Assembly (NCBI GenBank): GCA_951406725.2
Contig: OX597829.1
Span: 33,480,001 to 33,544,000 of the forward strand
DNA length: 64,000 nucleotides
Origin: Octopus vulgaris
Lineage: Eukaryota
Direction: 5' to 3'
Numbering within the stretch: the first letter of the stretch is position 1; every line of letters begins with the position of its first letter. The notes below the pieces were generated by a model. The model did no database searches and was not told the origin of the DNA. It saw only the letters and a program-made list of their open reading frames with translations. Below, piece after piece: positions 13,340 to 26,847 of the stretch. A program made the position numbers and the translations under genes.

Positions 13340-14340
13340 GATAAACTTCTGAAAAGTTTTACAGATTTTTACAATTCCAGTGATGGCTTTAATTTGTAGT
13401 CTTCAAATCAGCTCTCTTCTTTCTGGTTTTGAGAACCTATTTTCTCCTCAAGATTGGTATTTAGGCAGTGTGTTACATAGCTTAGTGTTCCAATAATTAC
13501 AGGTTTAAACCTGAACTTGTAATCTGGATTGAGTAACTGCAGATTTCTCAAAAGTTCAGCATAGGTATTCTCTTTTTCATTGATCTTCAGCTTTATGTTA
13601 ACATCAGTTGGGTAGCTAATTTCCACAACTGTACACAGTTTCTCCTCTATCCCAAATATCAGATGTGTTGTGTTTACATTTTATTGAGGTTTCACTGGTA
13701 CATTCCACTAGTATTCCTTTTTATTATGAGTGGCTTCTACCATACTGTGGGTCCTTATTTCTTTGTCCTCGGGGTTATCCTTCTGACAGATTTCATTATA
13801 GAGTGTTCTAGCTACAACATCATGTCTCGTTGGTAGATGGTAATATGATGACATTTTTGGACAACTGCTTATGATATGGGTGTTATCTTCAATGTTAACT
13901 CCACAAAATCTGCATTAGTTGTCACATTTTATTGCTTTTCCTGCATCTCTATCCCTTTTGTGCATCAAATATTTGGTTGACATTTCCTGTCATTGGATTG
14001 CAAACACATACCCTTCAAAGTAGGAAGTAGTAAACTGACTATTGGTCCATGGTAGACTGCTTTGATGATAATGATACTATCATCTTGGAGCTTTCTAACA
14101 TATCCATGCATAGTCTTCTGCTTGTATATGCTCATCCTTTCATCTGATGATACATTGTGGTAGAGTTGTGCTACTTCTTTGGGTATGTATTTAAGGTTAT
14201 CAGACAAGGAATGTTGCTCAAGGAACTGCCTTCAGTCTTATGATGTTATCAGCGTCATTTATGCGGACTAAGTCAAGGGATGCACTTTGACACTTGGTGG
14301 TTAAAAGATGTTGCCAAAGGGATATGATGTGACATTCATG
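13340..14340 (-). mobile_element. 3' fragment of a restriction-like-endonuclease (RLE) non-LTR retrotransposon (R4/Dong-like)
   Basis: EISYPTDVNIKLKINEKENTYAELLRNLQLLNPDYKFRFKPVIIGTLSYV (RLE C-terminus); upstream MHGY motif. Confidence 0.7.
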
Positions 14341-14739
14341 TGTGTGTGTGTGCGTGCATGTATTTATTTGTTTATTATATTAATGTTAAGGAAAAAGAAA
14401 TTTCAGTTGTGGAAGCAAAACTTTGAACCAAAGTACCTTAAAGTTAACTAAGAGAGAACAAAATTATTGTAAGAAGAAGAAAGTGATAAACCACTAATCC
14501 TTTCAAGGAAATGGGCCTGTTCGATATGTAGAAAATGTGTAGGTAGAGATTCCATCCAGAGTACCCAGAGCAAATTATGAACATATTAGAGGTGCAGTGA
14601 GTCTCAGAAAGGTTAATAGAGAAAATGGTCTTTGTGAGTAGCAGATATGCAAGAACAATAAACACTAAGAATACACAAGAAATAGATTTCCTTGAATGCC
14701 CAGGAGAGTCCTTTGTGGTAGTAGATAGTTTCTGAGATA

Positions 14740-15275
14740 TAGTTGATGTAATTAGCAGTGGAGGATGCTGCTGAGAGTATAGCTGCTAGAATAAGAACTG
14801 TCTGGAAAACTTCAGAGAGCTTATACTTTCATTGATAGCAAATGGTTACCTTCTTGATGTGAAAGGTAGATTGAATAGTGCTTATGTATGAACATCTATG
14901 TTACATGGTGGTGAAACATGGGCTGTTCATGTAGAGGACATGTGAAGGCTAGAAAGAAACGAAGCTAGAATGCTCTACTGGATGCACAATGTCAGTGTGC
15001 TTGCATGACAAAGAGCAAATAAAAAATTGGGCAAAAGAGGCATCAGATGAAATGTGCAAGAGAGCAGATTGCAATGGCATGGATGTGCATAAAGAACTGC
15101 ATAAAGAAGTGCCAGTTGCTAAATGTAGATGGAACCTGTGAAAGACAGGTTCAGTTACATGTGAAATGAAATTGTGAAGAATGAACTGCAGCTGTTGAGC
15201 CTTGTGGTGGAGATGACAAAGGACTGAGCATATTAGTGATTTCTGTCTTTGGGAAGATCCATCTATCTAAGTAAA
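14740..15275 (+). mobile_element. RTE-clade LINE 3' coding fragment
   Basis: MLHGGETWAV...RLERNEARML.WM; same family as 52030-53010. Confidence 0.7.
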
Positions 15276-16859
15276 AACAAGGTCCTACTCAGTATCTTCC
15301 ATTGCTATTCTATTTTCCTCTGAATACCACTTTCACCCTCTCCCTTTACAATTTTCATTTTGCTAATAGTACACCCATCCAATTACCTCTATTCGTCTCC
15401 TACTATTTCCATCCTTATGTACTTCTGACTTCATTCCTGGCACAGTGCATTTTTCTTGCCCCAATCCCACACATCAGCCTGAACTACTCCTACATCTGTC
15501 ACCTTTCTCCCCGACTAATGTTCATGATTGACCATGCTTCTTCCCATGTTCGTCACTTGCTGCATTACTTCCTATCCAGCCACCACTCCTCTTACTAACG
15601 TAATTATCTACCCGTTCACTCTGTCCAACCTTCTGCGCTTCTTCTTTTACCTATACCTTCCTGTATCTTGAAGGTGTGCTATGATACATCCTCACCACCA
15701 TCTCTCCCAACTGGGATAACCATGTGTCTTTCCTACAGCAAACACCATACTTTAACCTCTAATCACCTGGCATGCCATTTCCCTCAGTACTACTCGCCAC
15801 CTTAATCGAGGAGTCTTGTGAGTTACTTGCAGACCTAACCATTGCTGGTTCTAAGTAAAAAAGAGGATTCACTACATTTTGTAAAGTGGTTGATGTTAGG
15901 AAGAGCATCCAGCTTTAGGAACCATACTGAAACAGACATTGGAGTTTGGCGCAGTTTGCCAGCTTACCAGTTCCTGTTGAACTGTCCAACTCATGTTAGT
16001 ATGGAAAGAAGACATTAAATGGTGATGATAATGATGGTGATGATAATGATGATGATGATGGCCACAACAACGACGACGATGATGATGATGGTGTACTTTA
16101 TGCTTCTACTGTAACAAATTTTTTTTAGTTTATAAATGTTATTTATGACTTTTGTATATAAAAATGCAAATTATTATTTATGTTACAAGGCTACTACCAT
16201 TGCGGAAGGATCTGGCTTGTCTGATTTGTATATATTTTAGAATGTAAATATTTCTGTGTTTCCTGAATTTTTGCTCCATGAATAATGTAAGTGATATTTT
16301 TTTTCAGTTCCATAAAAGTATCTTTTATATCATTAGTGTTCTATTGCAGAATCTTTAGTTATTTTTATCATATTTTCAAAGTACTTTTGTGAGTGAAGCA
16401 TCTGTTTTTAATGTAGCTGTTTATTTTCTAGAACAGATCCAGCTATCAACTAAATCCATCATGAAGATTGCCTTTCTATCTTCTTTTAACCAGGAAGAGT
16501 AGGCAGTTTTTATATCCTGGTGGCTAAGGCAAAAGAGGTTGTATGGTGGATAAGATTGAAAAGGTTCTTTGGTCAATCTCTCATCAACTTCTTCAAGTTT
16601 CACTTGAAGAGGAAAATAAGGGCGGAGAGGGAAGTGTTGTCTTCTTGCCATTTTGTTGAAAGGTGGATGAGAGAGGTGAGAATGCTGTGAGTGAATGGGC
16701 CTGCCCTGAGTATGCATGTGTAAATCGTAGATAAGGAGCCAAATGTTTTGTCCTATTCTGTTCTTAATGTTTGGGAATTAATAAACAAATCATTATTATA
16801 TATTATTATAATTATTTACTTTTAATCTGCATGTTTGTTACAATCACTGGCTGAGACAC

Positions 16860-19620
16860 ATCCAGTATTCTAGGGTAAATGAAGGATAAAAGATGTTACA
16901 GTATGACTGAAAGTTTGGGGAGGGGAAGTGGCAGGGCCAGTAGCGTAATATCTTCATGTAATACAACACAGACATTTAAATTGATAGGGTTTTGTTGAGG
17001 ATGTGGGCTAAGTACTTGTCAGCACAATCTTTTGGGTTTCTCTGAGACATAGTTTTGGTATATTTTCTAGATGTTTCTGACATCCCTTTCTTGTCATACC
17101 AAGATAACAGGAACAGTTCTTGCAATAACAGGAACAGTTCTTGCTTTAAGATGCCACATTTTTGTATTTCAATTTCCAGATCCTTGTATTTACTTAATTT
17201 GTCAAATTCCTTTACAAATATATTTTTATCAGTGGGAACACTTACATCTATTAGTCTACAAGTAATTTCTTCTCATGCTTTTAATGACTATGTCTAGTTG
17301 ATTGGCCTGGGTTGTTCTGTTGGTGTCGACTAGAAAATCCCAGAGGATAGTGGCTCAGGATAATGTTCATACCAGTAAGCAGGAATGTTGATTTTGTAGT
17401 GTTTACATATTTTCCAATGTAAATACTGTCCTACCCTATCGAGGTGATTTTTGTATTTGCTTGATGTCAGCACAGGACATCCCGAGACAAGATGGTCTAT
17501 TGTTTCATCAAATTTATCACAAAATCTACATTTAGGGTCAGAACCATTTTGAAGAATGTTAGCCTGGTAGTTTTTGGAAGCAAGCTTTGATCTTGTGCCA
17601 CTAATATGAAACCTTCAGTCTTTGCTTTCAGGGTCCTGAGCTGTTGCTTGGTCTACATTAGCATTTTGGCTTCAAAGTATATACTGTCCCTGCAGAGGCT
17701 TCTGGCTCCACCACTCCTCAGTTTGTTTCTGCTCATTCTTTTTTGCAGTCTATTTGATCCATTTTGCTTTTTTTCGTGGTAGTCGTTTCAGGTTCTTCAT
17801 GTAATTCAGGGTTAATACCAAGTTTCCTTGCACATTTGCAAGCTTCCTTGACAATAAAATGTGATTCTTTGCTGCTTTCGTGTTTGCACACAAGGCACAG
17901 TATCCAGTCCTATGTACTAGATAAGTACTTGTTCATTGCTATTGTGGAGGTCTTTTAGCACAGTTCTACCTGCATCATTTCCCCATTACTTCTAGGTAGG
18001 TACAGATGATCAACGTCTGCTTTTGGGCGGTGCATGATCTTAGATGTTAGTAATTTTCTTGTCTTCCTGTCCAAGCATTGGAGTTCCGTAAGATTCCAGT
18101 TAATGATGTTAAAACTGTATTAGACTACTGGAAGTGCCAGGGTGTTAATGGTTTCGCTGTGATTTTTGGAGGTGAGTTCAGTTTTTAGTATGAGTCGTAT
18201 TCTTCTGTAATATTCCTTTCGTATTTCTTCATTCATAGTAGCATGTTGCATACTGTCTCCTTCATTTATCCCCAGGTATTTATAGCTTCCTTGTGCAAAG
18301 CTACTTCCATTGTGGAAGGATCTGCCTTGTCTGATTTGTATATATTTTGGAATGTAAATATTTCTGTGTTTCCTGAATTTTTGCTCCATGAATGATGTAA
18401 ATGATATTTTTTTTTTTCTGTTCCATAAAAGTAATTTTTATATCATTGCAAAATTTTTAGCTATTTTTGTCATATTTTTGTCATATTTTCAAAGTATTTT
18501 TGTATATATGGTATGCTATTGGTATCTAATTTAATGAAAGCTGTTTGCTTGTGCTTTATTCTTACAAAAGTTGCTTTAACACACTTATCAAGGCCAAAAT
18601 CCATCCCGATGTCATTACTGAATTCCTTAACAGCTGTTAACAACCCTATGTTAACAACCCTCTTTGTTATTTCTAGCAAACAGCTTCAGATTATCCGCAT
18701 AAAACAGATGATTTACTATAATATTATACATTTTGAACCCATACTTGGTGTTACTCAGTTTGTTTGGGAGTGGGATCAGTGCCATGCAAAAGAGTAGTGG
18801 GGAGAGGGAGTCACCTTGAAAGATCCCTCATTTGATGTTGATGTTGTTAGATTGGCTCATCCTATTACTATCGTTTTGAAGGAGAAGTGTATTCCATTTG
18901 ACCATGCTACTTTGTAAGAATTTGGAGATGACAGGAGATATCTTATACATCTCAAGGGCCTTGAGTAGTCAATTATGAGGGGACACTGTCAAATGCTTTC
19001 CTGTAGTCTATCTATGCCATACTTAGGTTTTTCTTGTTACTCCAGCAATTCTCTACAATCATTTTATTTATGAGTTATTGATCTTTGCATCTATAAGAAT
19101 TCCTTTTACAACCTTTTTGAGCGTGTGGAAGGATAGAGTTCTGTTCCAGGAAAGCGTATATTCTTTCAGTTAGTATAGATTTAAGAATCTTGTAGGTGGT
19201 GTTGAGACATGTAATTGGTTGTTCTTTGAATTTTTTGTACCTTCAGTTTTTGGTAGAAGGTATATTGTTCCTCCTGTCAGCCAGGCAGGTATTTGCTCTG
19301 GGTTCTGGATGACATCAGTTAGGGATGCAGCAAAATTTTGATGTACTTCTGTCAAACAATTCAGCCAGAAGTTAAGGATCTGGTCTAGTCCTGGGGCTTT
19401 CCATTTGTAAAACTTTCTAAGAACACATCTTAGCTCTTCTCCTATTGCCTTCCAGTTCTGCTCTTCAACTTCATTCAGTCTCACTTTCTCATGCTCTATC
19501 CAGTCTTCTTTATCATTATATTCTTTTTTGTTGCTCCAAATCTTCTTCCAGAACTCTTCCATTTCCCCAGTCTTAGGTGGCTTTTTACTTCTATCTTGCT
19601 TTTGCTAATTTCCCTGTAAT
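16860..19620 (-). mobile_element. Degenerate R4/Dong-like RLE LINE
   Basis: EEFWKKIW, WKAPGLDQILNFWL, FSNDIGMDFGLDKC, YKYLGINE...RKEYYRRIRLILKTEL...INTLALPVV. Confidence 0.85.
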
Positions 19621-19645
19621 ATTGTTTTACATCATCATCATCATC

Positions 19646-19745
19646 TCTTCTTCTTCTTCTTCTTCTTCTTCTTCTTCTTCTTCTTCTTCTTCTTCTTCTT
19701 CTTCTTCTTCTTCTTCTCCTCCTCCTCCTCCTCCTCCTCCTCCTC
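19646..19745. repeat. (CTT)n(CCT)n microsatellite
   Basis: Directly visible. Confidence 0.95.
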
Positions 19746-20480
19746 TTTCTCTCATCTCCTTCCTCTTCTACTGCTTCTTCATTCCCTAACCATACTTTTA
19801 TTTACTTTGGCACTGACACTGTACTTGCCCTGTCGATCTTTGCACAGTCTATTTACATTTTCATCTTTATTTACTTTGTTTCTTCCCAATATAAGCAAAA
19901 ACACAATGATAGAGGCACAATGTAATAGCCTACCTTTGATGCAAGACTGAAGCAAAGTCACTCTAATATCTAAAACTACAAATATGTAAATTTTCACTCG
20001 GAGCTTTTGCATGAACTGGTGTTGAAAGGAAAGTTGGTACAGAAACAATTGTAACTGATCATTAAAGATGTTGAAGTCTTTCTTTATCTTCTTATTTGCG
20101 TTATATATATAGTTATAATTTTCTTTTGAAACACAAAGACAGCATAGAAGTGCTCAAGTTGAACCTGAGGTGTAGATAAGTATAATGGATGCAATAGAAA
20201 AAGTTCAAATCAGGCAAAATACAGTTAACAAATATCTAAATGGGTTAATTAAGATAAAAATAAGAATTAGAGATATAAAAATATAGAAATATATGAATAG
20301 TAAAAATATACATGGACATATAAATATATGAGTATATAAACATAATAATAACGGAATATAGATAAAAATAATAATGGAATATAGATTTAAAAAAAATTTT
20401 TTTTTAATTAGAGTATAATATAGAGGAAATAATAGGCATTAAAAAGAGTTTGGGGTTACATGTTAGAAGAAAATAAAGTA

Positions 20481-20569
20481 TTCCAATGATTGTTTCTGGA
20501 GTTCATTCATCCAAAATGGTAAATGAATCTTAATATTTATTTTCAGAGAATGTCTCCTTCATCAGGGAA
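20481..20569 (-). ncRNA. Decayed hammerhead ribozyme motif with a long helix II insert
   Basis: Minus strand reads UUCC-CUGAUGA-AGGAG...CUCCA-GAAA-CAAUCA-UU-GGAA. ACAATCAT is what the palindrome ACGATCGT becomes after CpG decay. Confidence 0.6.
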
Positions 20570-21605
20570 AAATGATGTTTACGCTAGATATGCATTCAGT
20601 TCTTTACCAAGGTATGAGATAATTGGATGCTTTTATAGAAGAGTGGATATAGCTATGCAAATAATGGAAGTCTTTATGAGGGCTGATGGGAGTAAAATTA
20701 GATTGCTTACTGTCTTTCTTAAAATTTATATTTGTATTGGCATTATATTGTTATAAGTGGTAGGATGTTCAGTTGTGCAACAGAAATTACTAGGGTTATT
20801 GCTAAGTGGATTCAGATTTAAATCATCTCAAGAAAGTTGAGTAGCATCTATGGTTGCATGAATGAATAGCGTCAGAAAACTTATTTCAAACAGTGGAATT
20901 ATACATGTGAAGGATATTGTATGATTCTTTTATGCACATTCTACATCTGCCCGTAATCATATTGTATGGTGGGGCCTCATCTATAATAGACCAAGATAAT
21001 TTATAATTAATATTCTGTAATTTTAAGTCATGTATATATCTAGCTTGTACCATTGAGATTTAATATTTTAACTTATTGAAAGAATTTAGACATGTTCTGT
21101 ACCGTCTCTTAAAGTCTATAGCGCTTCCTATATATACTCTAACTTGATGTTTGTTATTTGCCACACTGCATTTATAGATTACATTTTTACATAAACAGAA
21201 ACCAGTGAGTGGACATAATTCAGGGCCCCTACAATTACAGGTTTTTGCATTCCTATGTATAATTTTTGTTTTATCAATATTATTCGGATTTATATGGCGT
21301 ATCTTATGGGGTATCTCTTTTTAATGTCTATTATTTTCTCTATATCATACTTTAATTTAAAAACAAACGTTTTTAGCTATGTTCTATTATTATTTTTATC
21401 TATATTCCATTATTATTATGTTTATATATCCATATATTTATATGTCCATGAATATTTTTAGTATCTATATATTTTTATACTTTTATATCTCTAATATATC
21501 AATATATGTTTCAGCTTGGACAATTCTTATTTCTATCTTAATTAAACCCATATAGATACGTGTTAACCATAGTTTTGCTTGGTTTTAACTTTTTCTATTG
21601 TATCC

Positions 21606-21650
<45 letters not shown>

Positions 21651-21927
21651 GAGGTTGAGGAAAAAGTTCATGCATCGTGTTAAGCATTACTTTAACATGG
21701 CATTATTTAAAAAATAATACTGTGTTAAAATAATGTTTAACATGGTGCACAGACTTTTTCCTCAACCTAATACATATACATATATACATACACACACACA
21801 CATACATACATACAAACACACACTCACGCACACAAATATATGTATATATACATATGTACATGTGTATATATACACAGACACATACACATCTCCACACCCA
21901 CATCTCTTCATGCAGACACACATACAC

Positions 21928-22152
<225 letters not shown>

Positions 22153-22305
22153 GCAAGTAGACAGCAGAGCTTGATGCTGTCTTCTGACTTGTCAGTTCCT
22201 GTTGAACTGTACAACCCATGCCAGCATGGAAAACAGACTTTAAATGATAATGATGATGATGATGATGATGATGATAATAATACATATACATTTATTTTTT
22301 TGTAG

Positions 22306-22482
22306 TATTACATGGGATACTCCAGTAAAAGAATACATCAAAGATTTTGAGTTTACTGATGAAGAAAGAACAGACCATATGACCCTAAAAGATATGCTGA
22401 GTCATCGTACAGGAATGCCAGGTTATTTCCAACCATTAATATATGGATTTCACAAGAATGTTACCCGAGCCCAGTTCAGTCG
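22306..22482 (+). CDS. Exon 2 of the beta-lactamase-like gene
   Basis: Acceptor tttttttgtag ends at 22305; AA+T restores Asn. Reads [14 protein letters not shown]...[14 protein letters not shown] (LLxHxxG-type motif). Donor CG|GTAAAA at 22483; 177 nt, phase 2-2. Confidence 0.92.
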
Positions 22483-22859
22483 GTAAAAATTCTTTCCAAG
22501 AAATGAAAATATATTTTGTTGTGTAGTTATATTGATGCTAGATTCAGTTATAATGAAGCTTAAGAAGTATTGCTTTACAGTCATGAAGATCAGGAGTCAT
22601 TCCTACTGTATGGTATCTTCTACTTTGTCTCCTAACTAAGGTAGAAGCCAAAAGTTAACTCAAGGATCGCAAGTCAAATATAACAGATGGAAACTATGTT
22701 GAAGCTTGACAGATGTCGGACATGTATAGAATTGCCATTTTGCTTGTGTTTGTGAAGTTTAAATATCCAAAAACAATTTATGGTAGCTAATTTGAGATGG
22801 AATAAAATGCATTCTTAGTGTTAGCTATGATTATGATGTAGGTGTGGCTATAATGTAGG

Positions 22860-23015
22860 TACAAGAGCGCTTGTATGGTAAAAAGTTACTATATGGTTTT
22901 GGGTTAAGTCCCAGTGTGGCACCTTAGGTAAGTGTCTTGTACTATAGCCCTGGGCCAATCAACCACAGCTTTGTGAGTGGATTTGGCAGATAGAAACTGA
23001 AAGAAGCCTGTCATA
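22860..23015 (+). mobile_element. 5' part of the same SINE family
   Basis: gtggcaccttaggtaagtgtcttgtactatagccctgggcc...gtgagtggatttggcagatagaaactgaaagaagcc. Confidence 0.75.
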
Positions 23016-23283
23016 CATGTGTATGTGTTTGCATGCTACTGTTTCCTTGCCTTGATATCATGTGATAGGTGAGAATGTCATTGATATATGAGCAGTTTCA
23101 TTTGTTTCCAATCTTCTGTAAAAATATGTTTAGATATGGAGAGACATATAACTTTATTTGGAAATAGGTGAAGGTTGATGAGAGGAAGGGCATCAGGCCA
23201 TAGAAAAATCTGCTCCAACAAATTGTTTGTCTCTTGTAAGCATGGAAAGTGGATGTTAAAATGATGATGATATACATAGAGAC

Positions 23284-23340
<57 letters not shown>

Positions 23341-23423
23341 GGTCCCGGGTTGATTCGGGGTTAACCACAGTAAATAAGGTACTCAATACATAGCAGAGTA
23401 AAATTAATTTATTATATAGAAGG

Positions 23424-23474
23424 AGCTTCTACAGGACTAGAACTGTTTCATTCAAGAGAAATCTTCAGGAAGCT
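23424..23474 (-). ncRNA. Type I hammerhead ribozyme motif in the PLE 3' end
   Basis: Minus strand reads AGCUUC-CUGAAGA-U UUC UCUU GAA U-GAAA-CAG UUCUAGUC CUG-UA-GAAGCU. 6-bp helix I, intact core, helix III with a quasi-palindromic loop, GUA cleavage triplet. Confidence 0.8.
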
Positions 23475-23699
23475 AGTTAACAAGAATTGTATTGGCATTT
23501 ATACATTTAGGCAGGTTTAAAGGGGTGTTGGTGGGGGACTTTTTGGGGGTAGGCATAGCGCAAAATATCATACTTGGGGGAGTGGTCAAGGAGTCAGTGT
23601 TAAATTAGATAGAAGAATAAATAAAAAATAAAAAAATAAAAAAATATATATATATAAAAAAAGGGGAATAGAGTTTTAGGTAAATAAGGAGATTCTCAC

Positions 23700-24054
23700 T
23701 TATACCTATGCACATATGTATACATATATACACACGCATACAAACATATATACATATACATACACACACATATATATATATACATATATATACACTTACA
23801 CATACATATACATATCTACACATACACATATATGTATACATACACACACTCACATGCATACACGTATACACACATGTATATATACACACACGACCACACA
23901 TACATATACACACAGAAAAATATATATACACATACACACACATACTCACATACACGCATACACACACAAATCCACACACACACATGCACACACAGCACAC
24001 TAGTCCCTATATACACATATATACACATACACACATATATACACACACATACAT

Positions 24055-24098
<44 letters not shown>

Positions 24099-24514
24099 GT
24101 GTACCTATGCATACCTACACATACACACATATATATATACACATACAAATACAGACCCATTCCCTAATTTTAATTTTATTATCTTCGTTTATTACTTTTG
24201 TTATCTTTGGCCGCTTGGTCACAAACATCTTGGCTATGACAGCCAGTCCATTTATCTGTCTACTGGAAAACAAGCACTCATTCACTCACGCACACTCTTT
24301 AGCACGTACACTCACTCATTCGTACACTCATACACATACACGCACGCACGCGTTATATTCATACATACATACATCTACATACATTCACGTATATACACAT
24401 ACGTACGCGTACCTACAGATTCATGTCTACACTCTTAGAAGGCTAGTCTATACATATACACCAATAAATATAAATACACACACATACACGTACACCTACA
24501 TACAAATACATACA

Positions 24515-24555
<41 letters not shown>

Positions 24556-25558
24556 TCACATATACATACACATATATACATACATATACATACATACACA
24601 TATATACACATATACACACAATATACATATATACATACATATACATACATACACATATATACACATATACACACATATACACATATATACACACATACAC
24701 ATACATACATATACACACATACACATACATACGTATACATACATACATCCATACATCCATACATACATACATTTATACACATACACACACCCACATACAT
24801 ACATATATATACGCGCATATATATATATATATATATATACATATATACATATATATACATATACACACTCATACACACACATACATATACATACATACAT
24901 ATACAAATATACGCACACACATACATACATACTCATATACACATACACGCACATACACATGTACATGCGTACCCATACACACACACACACACACGCGCGC
25001 GCATCCATATATACACATAAGTACACACATGCGTAAAAGTATACATATATCTATGCTTACACATACACACACACACACGCGCCTCCTTATATTCATACTT
25101 ACATGCATACTCAAAAAATAAGTAAATAGTAAAATATATATACGCGCAGTTATTCATACATGCATACTCAAAAAATAAATAATAAATATTAAGTATATGT
25201 ACGTGCAGTTACCTATTATATAGACGGATACATACATATAAACTTACACACATATATATATATATATACATATATACATACATATATACACATATATATA
25301 CATATATACACATATATATATACACACACACACATACACATATATATATATATATATACATACTTACACACATGTACAAATATATACACACATAGATAAC
25401 TCTACGTACCTACATATACATAAACACACGAGCGTGCGCGTATATGTACATATACACATACACATACACACGCATATATATACATACATACATACACATA
25501 CACACATATATACACACACACACATATACACATATATATATATACAATATATATATAT

Positions 25559-25611
<53 letters not shown>

Positions 25612-26129
25612 TACACACACATATACCTGTGTGCAAACATACATACATACTCATACAAGCACACACACTTACATTTACATATATACACACACTTACACAC
25701 ATATATACATACACATATACATACATACATACATACATATATGCATACATACACACACACATATATATATATACATACATACACATACACATACCTATAC
25801 ATATATATACACACATATATACACATGCACATACTTATATCTCTACATACTCGCTATACATATATATATATCTATATACATATACACACACATACATATA
25901 CCTATATACATGTATATATACACATACATATATATACACATCTACAATTTGTATCTACACTCACATACATGCACATACACATAACTCTACATACCTACAT
26001 ATACATCTACATACTCGCGTACACTCATATATATACACATATATACACATACACACACACACATACATATACATATACATATATATATATAAATATATAC
26101 ATATATAATACACAAATACACACACATAC

Positions 26130-26212
<83 letters not shown>

Positions 26213-26628
26213 CATACATACATACACATATACATACATGTACATATATATACACACACACATATATATACACACACACATACATATATCAACAATTGAG
26301 GGTAAAGTTAATTAGTTATTAATCAATTTCACCAAGTATTCAGTATGTAAAAGGACCATTATTTTTTTGAGTAAACAATGTCTGAGGGAAAATATTCTCT
26401 AAGTAGTGGAAGAGGCTAAAAAACTTTTTTGGCTGCTATTTCTAGAAAGTTCAGTATGTGGCAAAGTAATTTATTTTACTAAGCCCTAATTATATAATAT
26501 TTTATACATACATACACATACATACACACATACATATACACATACATATGCATACACACATATATACATTTATACATACATACATATATACATATATACA
26601 CACACACACACACACTCACGCACCTACA

Positions 26629-26660
<32 letters not shown>

Positions 26661-26770
26661 CATACATACACACACACACACACATAATACATGCATATAT
26701 TCCTACTATACCCATACATTTCTATACATATATACGATACACATATACAAGCGTGCACATACAATATGTG
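23700..26770. repeat. ~3-kb cryptic (CA/TA)n alternating purine-pyrimidine tract inside the PLE 3' region
   Basis: Directly visible, with short unique islands at ~24155-24290, ~25080-25220 and ~26290-26495. Confidence 0.9.
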
Positions 26771-26847
26771 AAAGGTCTTAGGAGAAAAGGTAATCGGGGG
26801 TGCTAGGGGAACGGTGGGATTGGAGGGGTTTTGTGGGTGGGGTGTCA

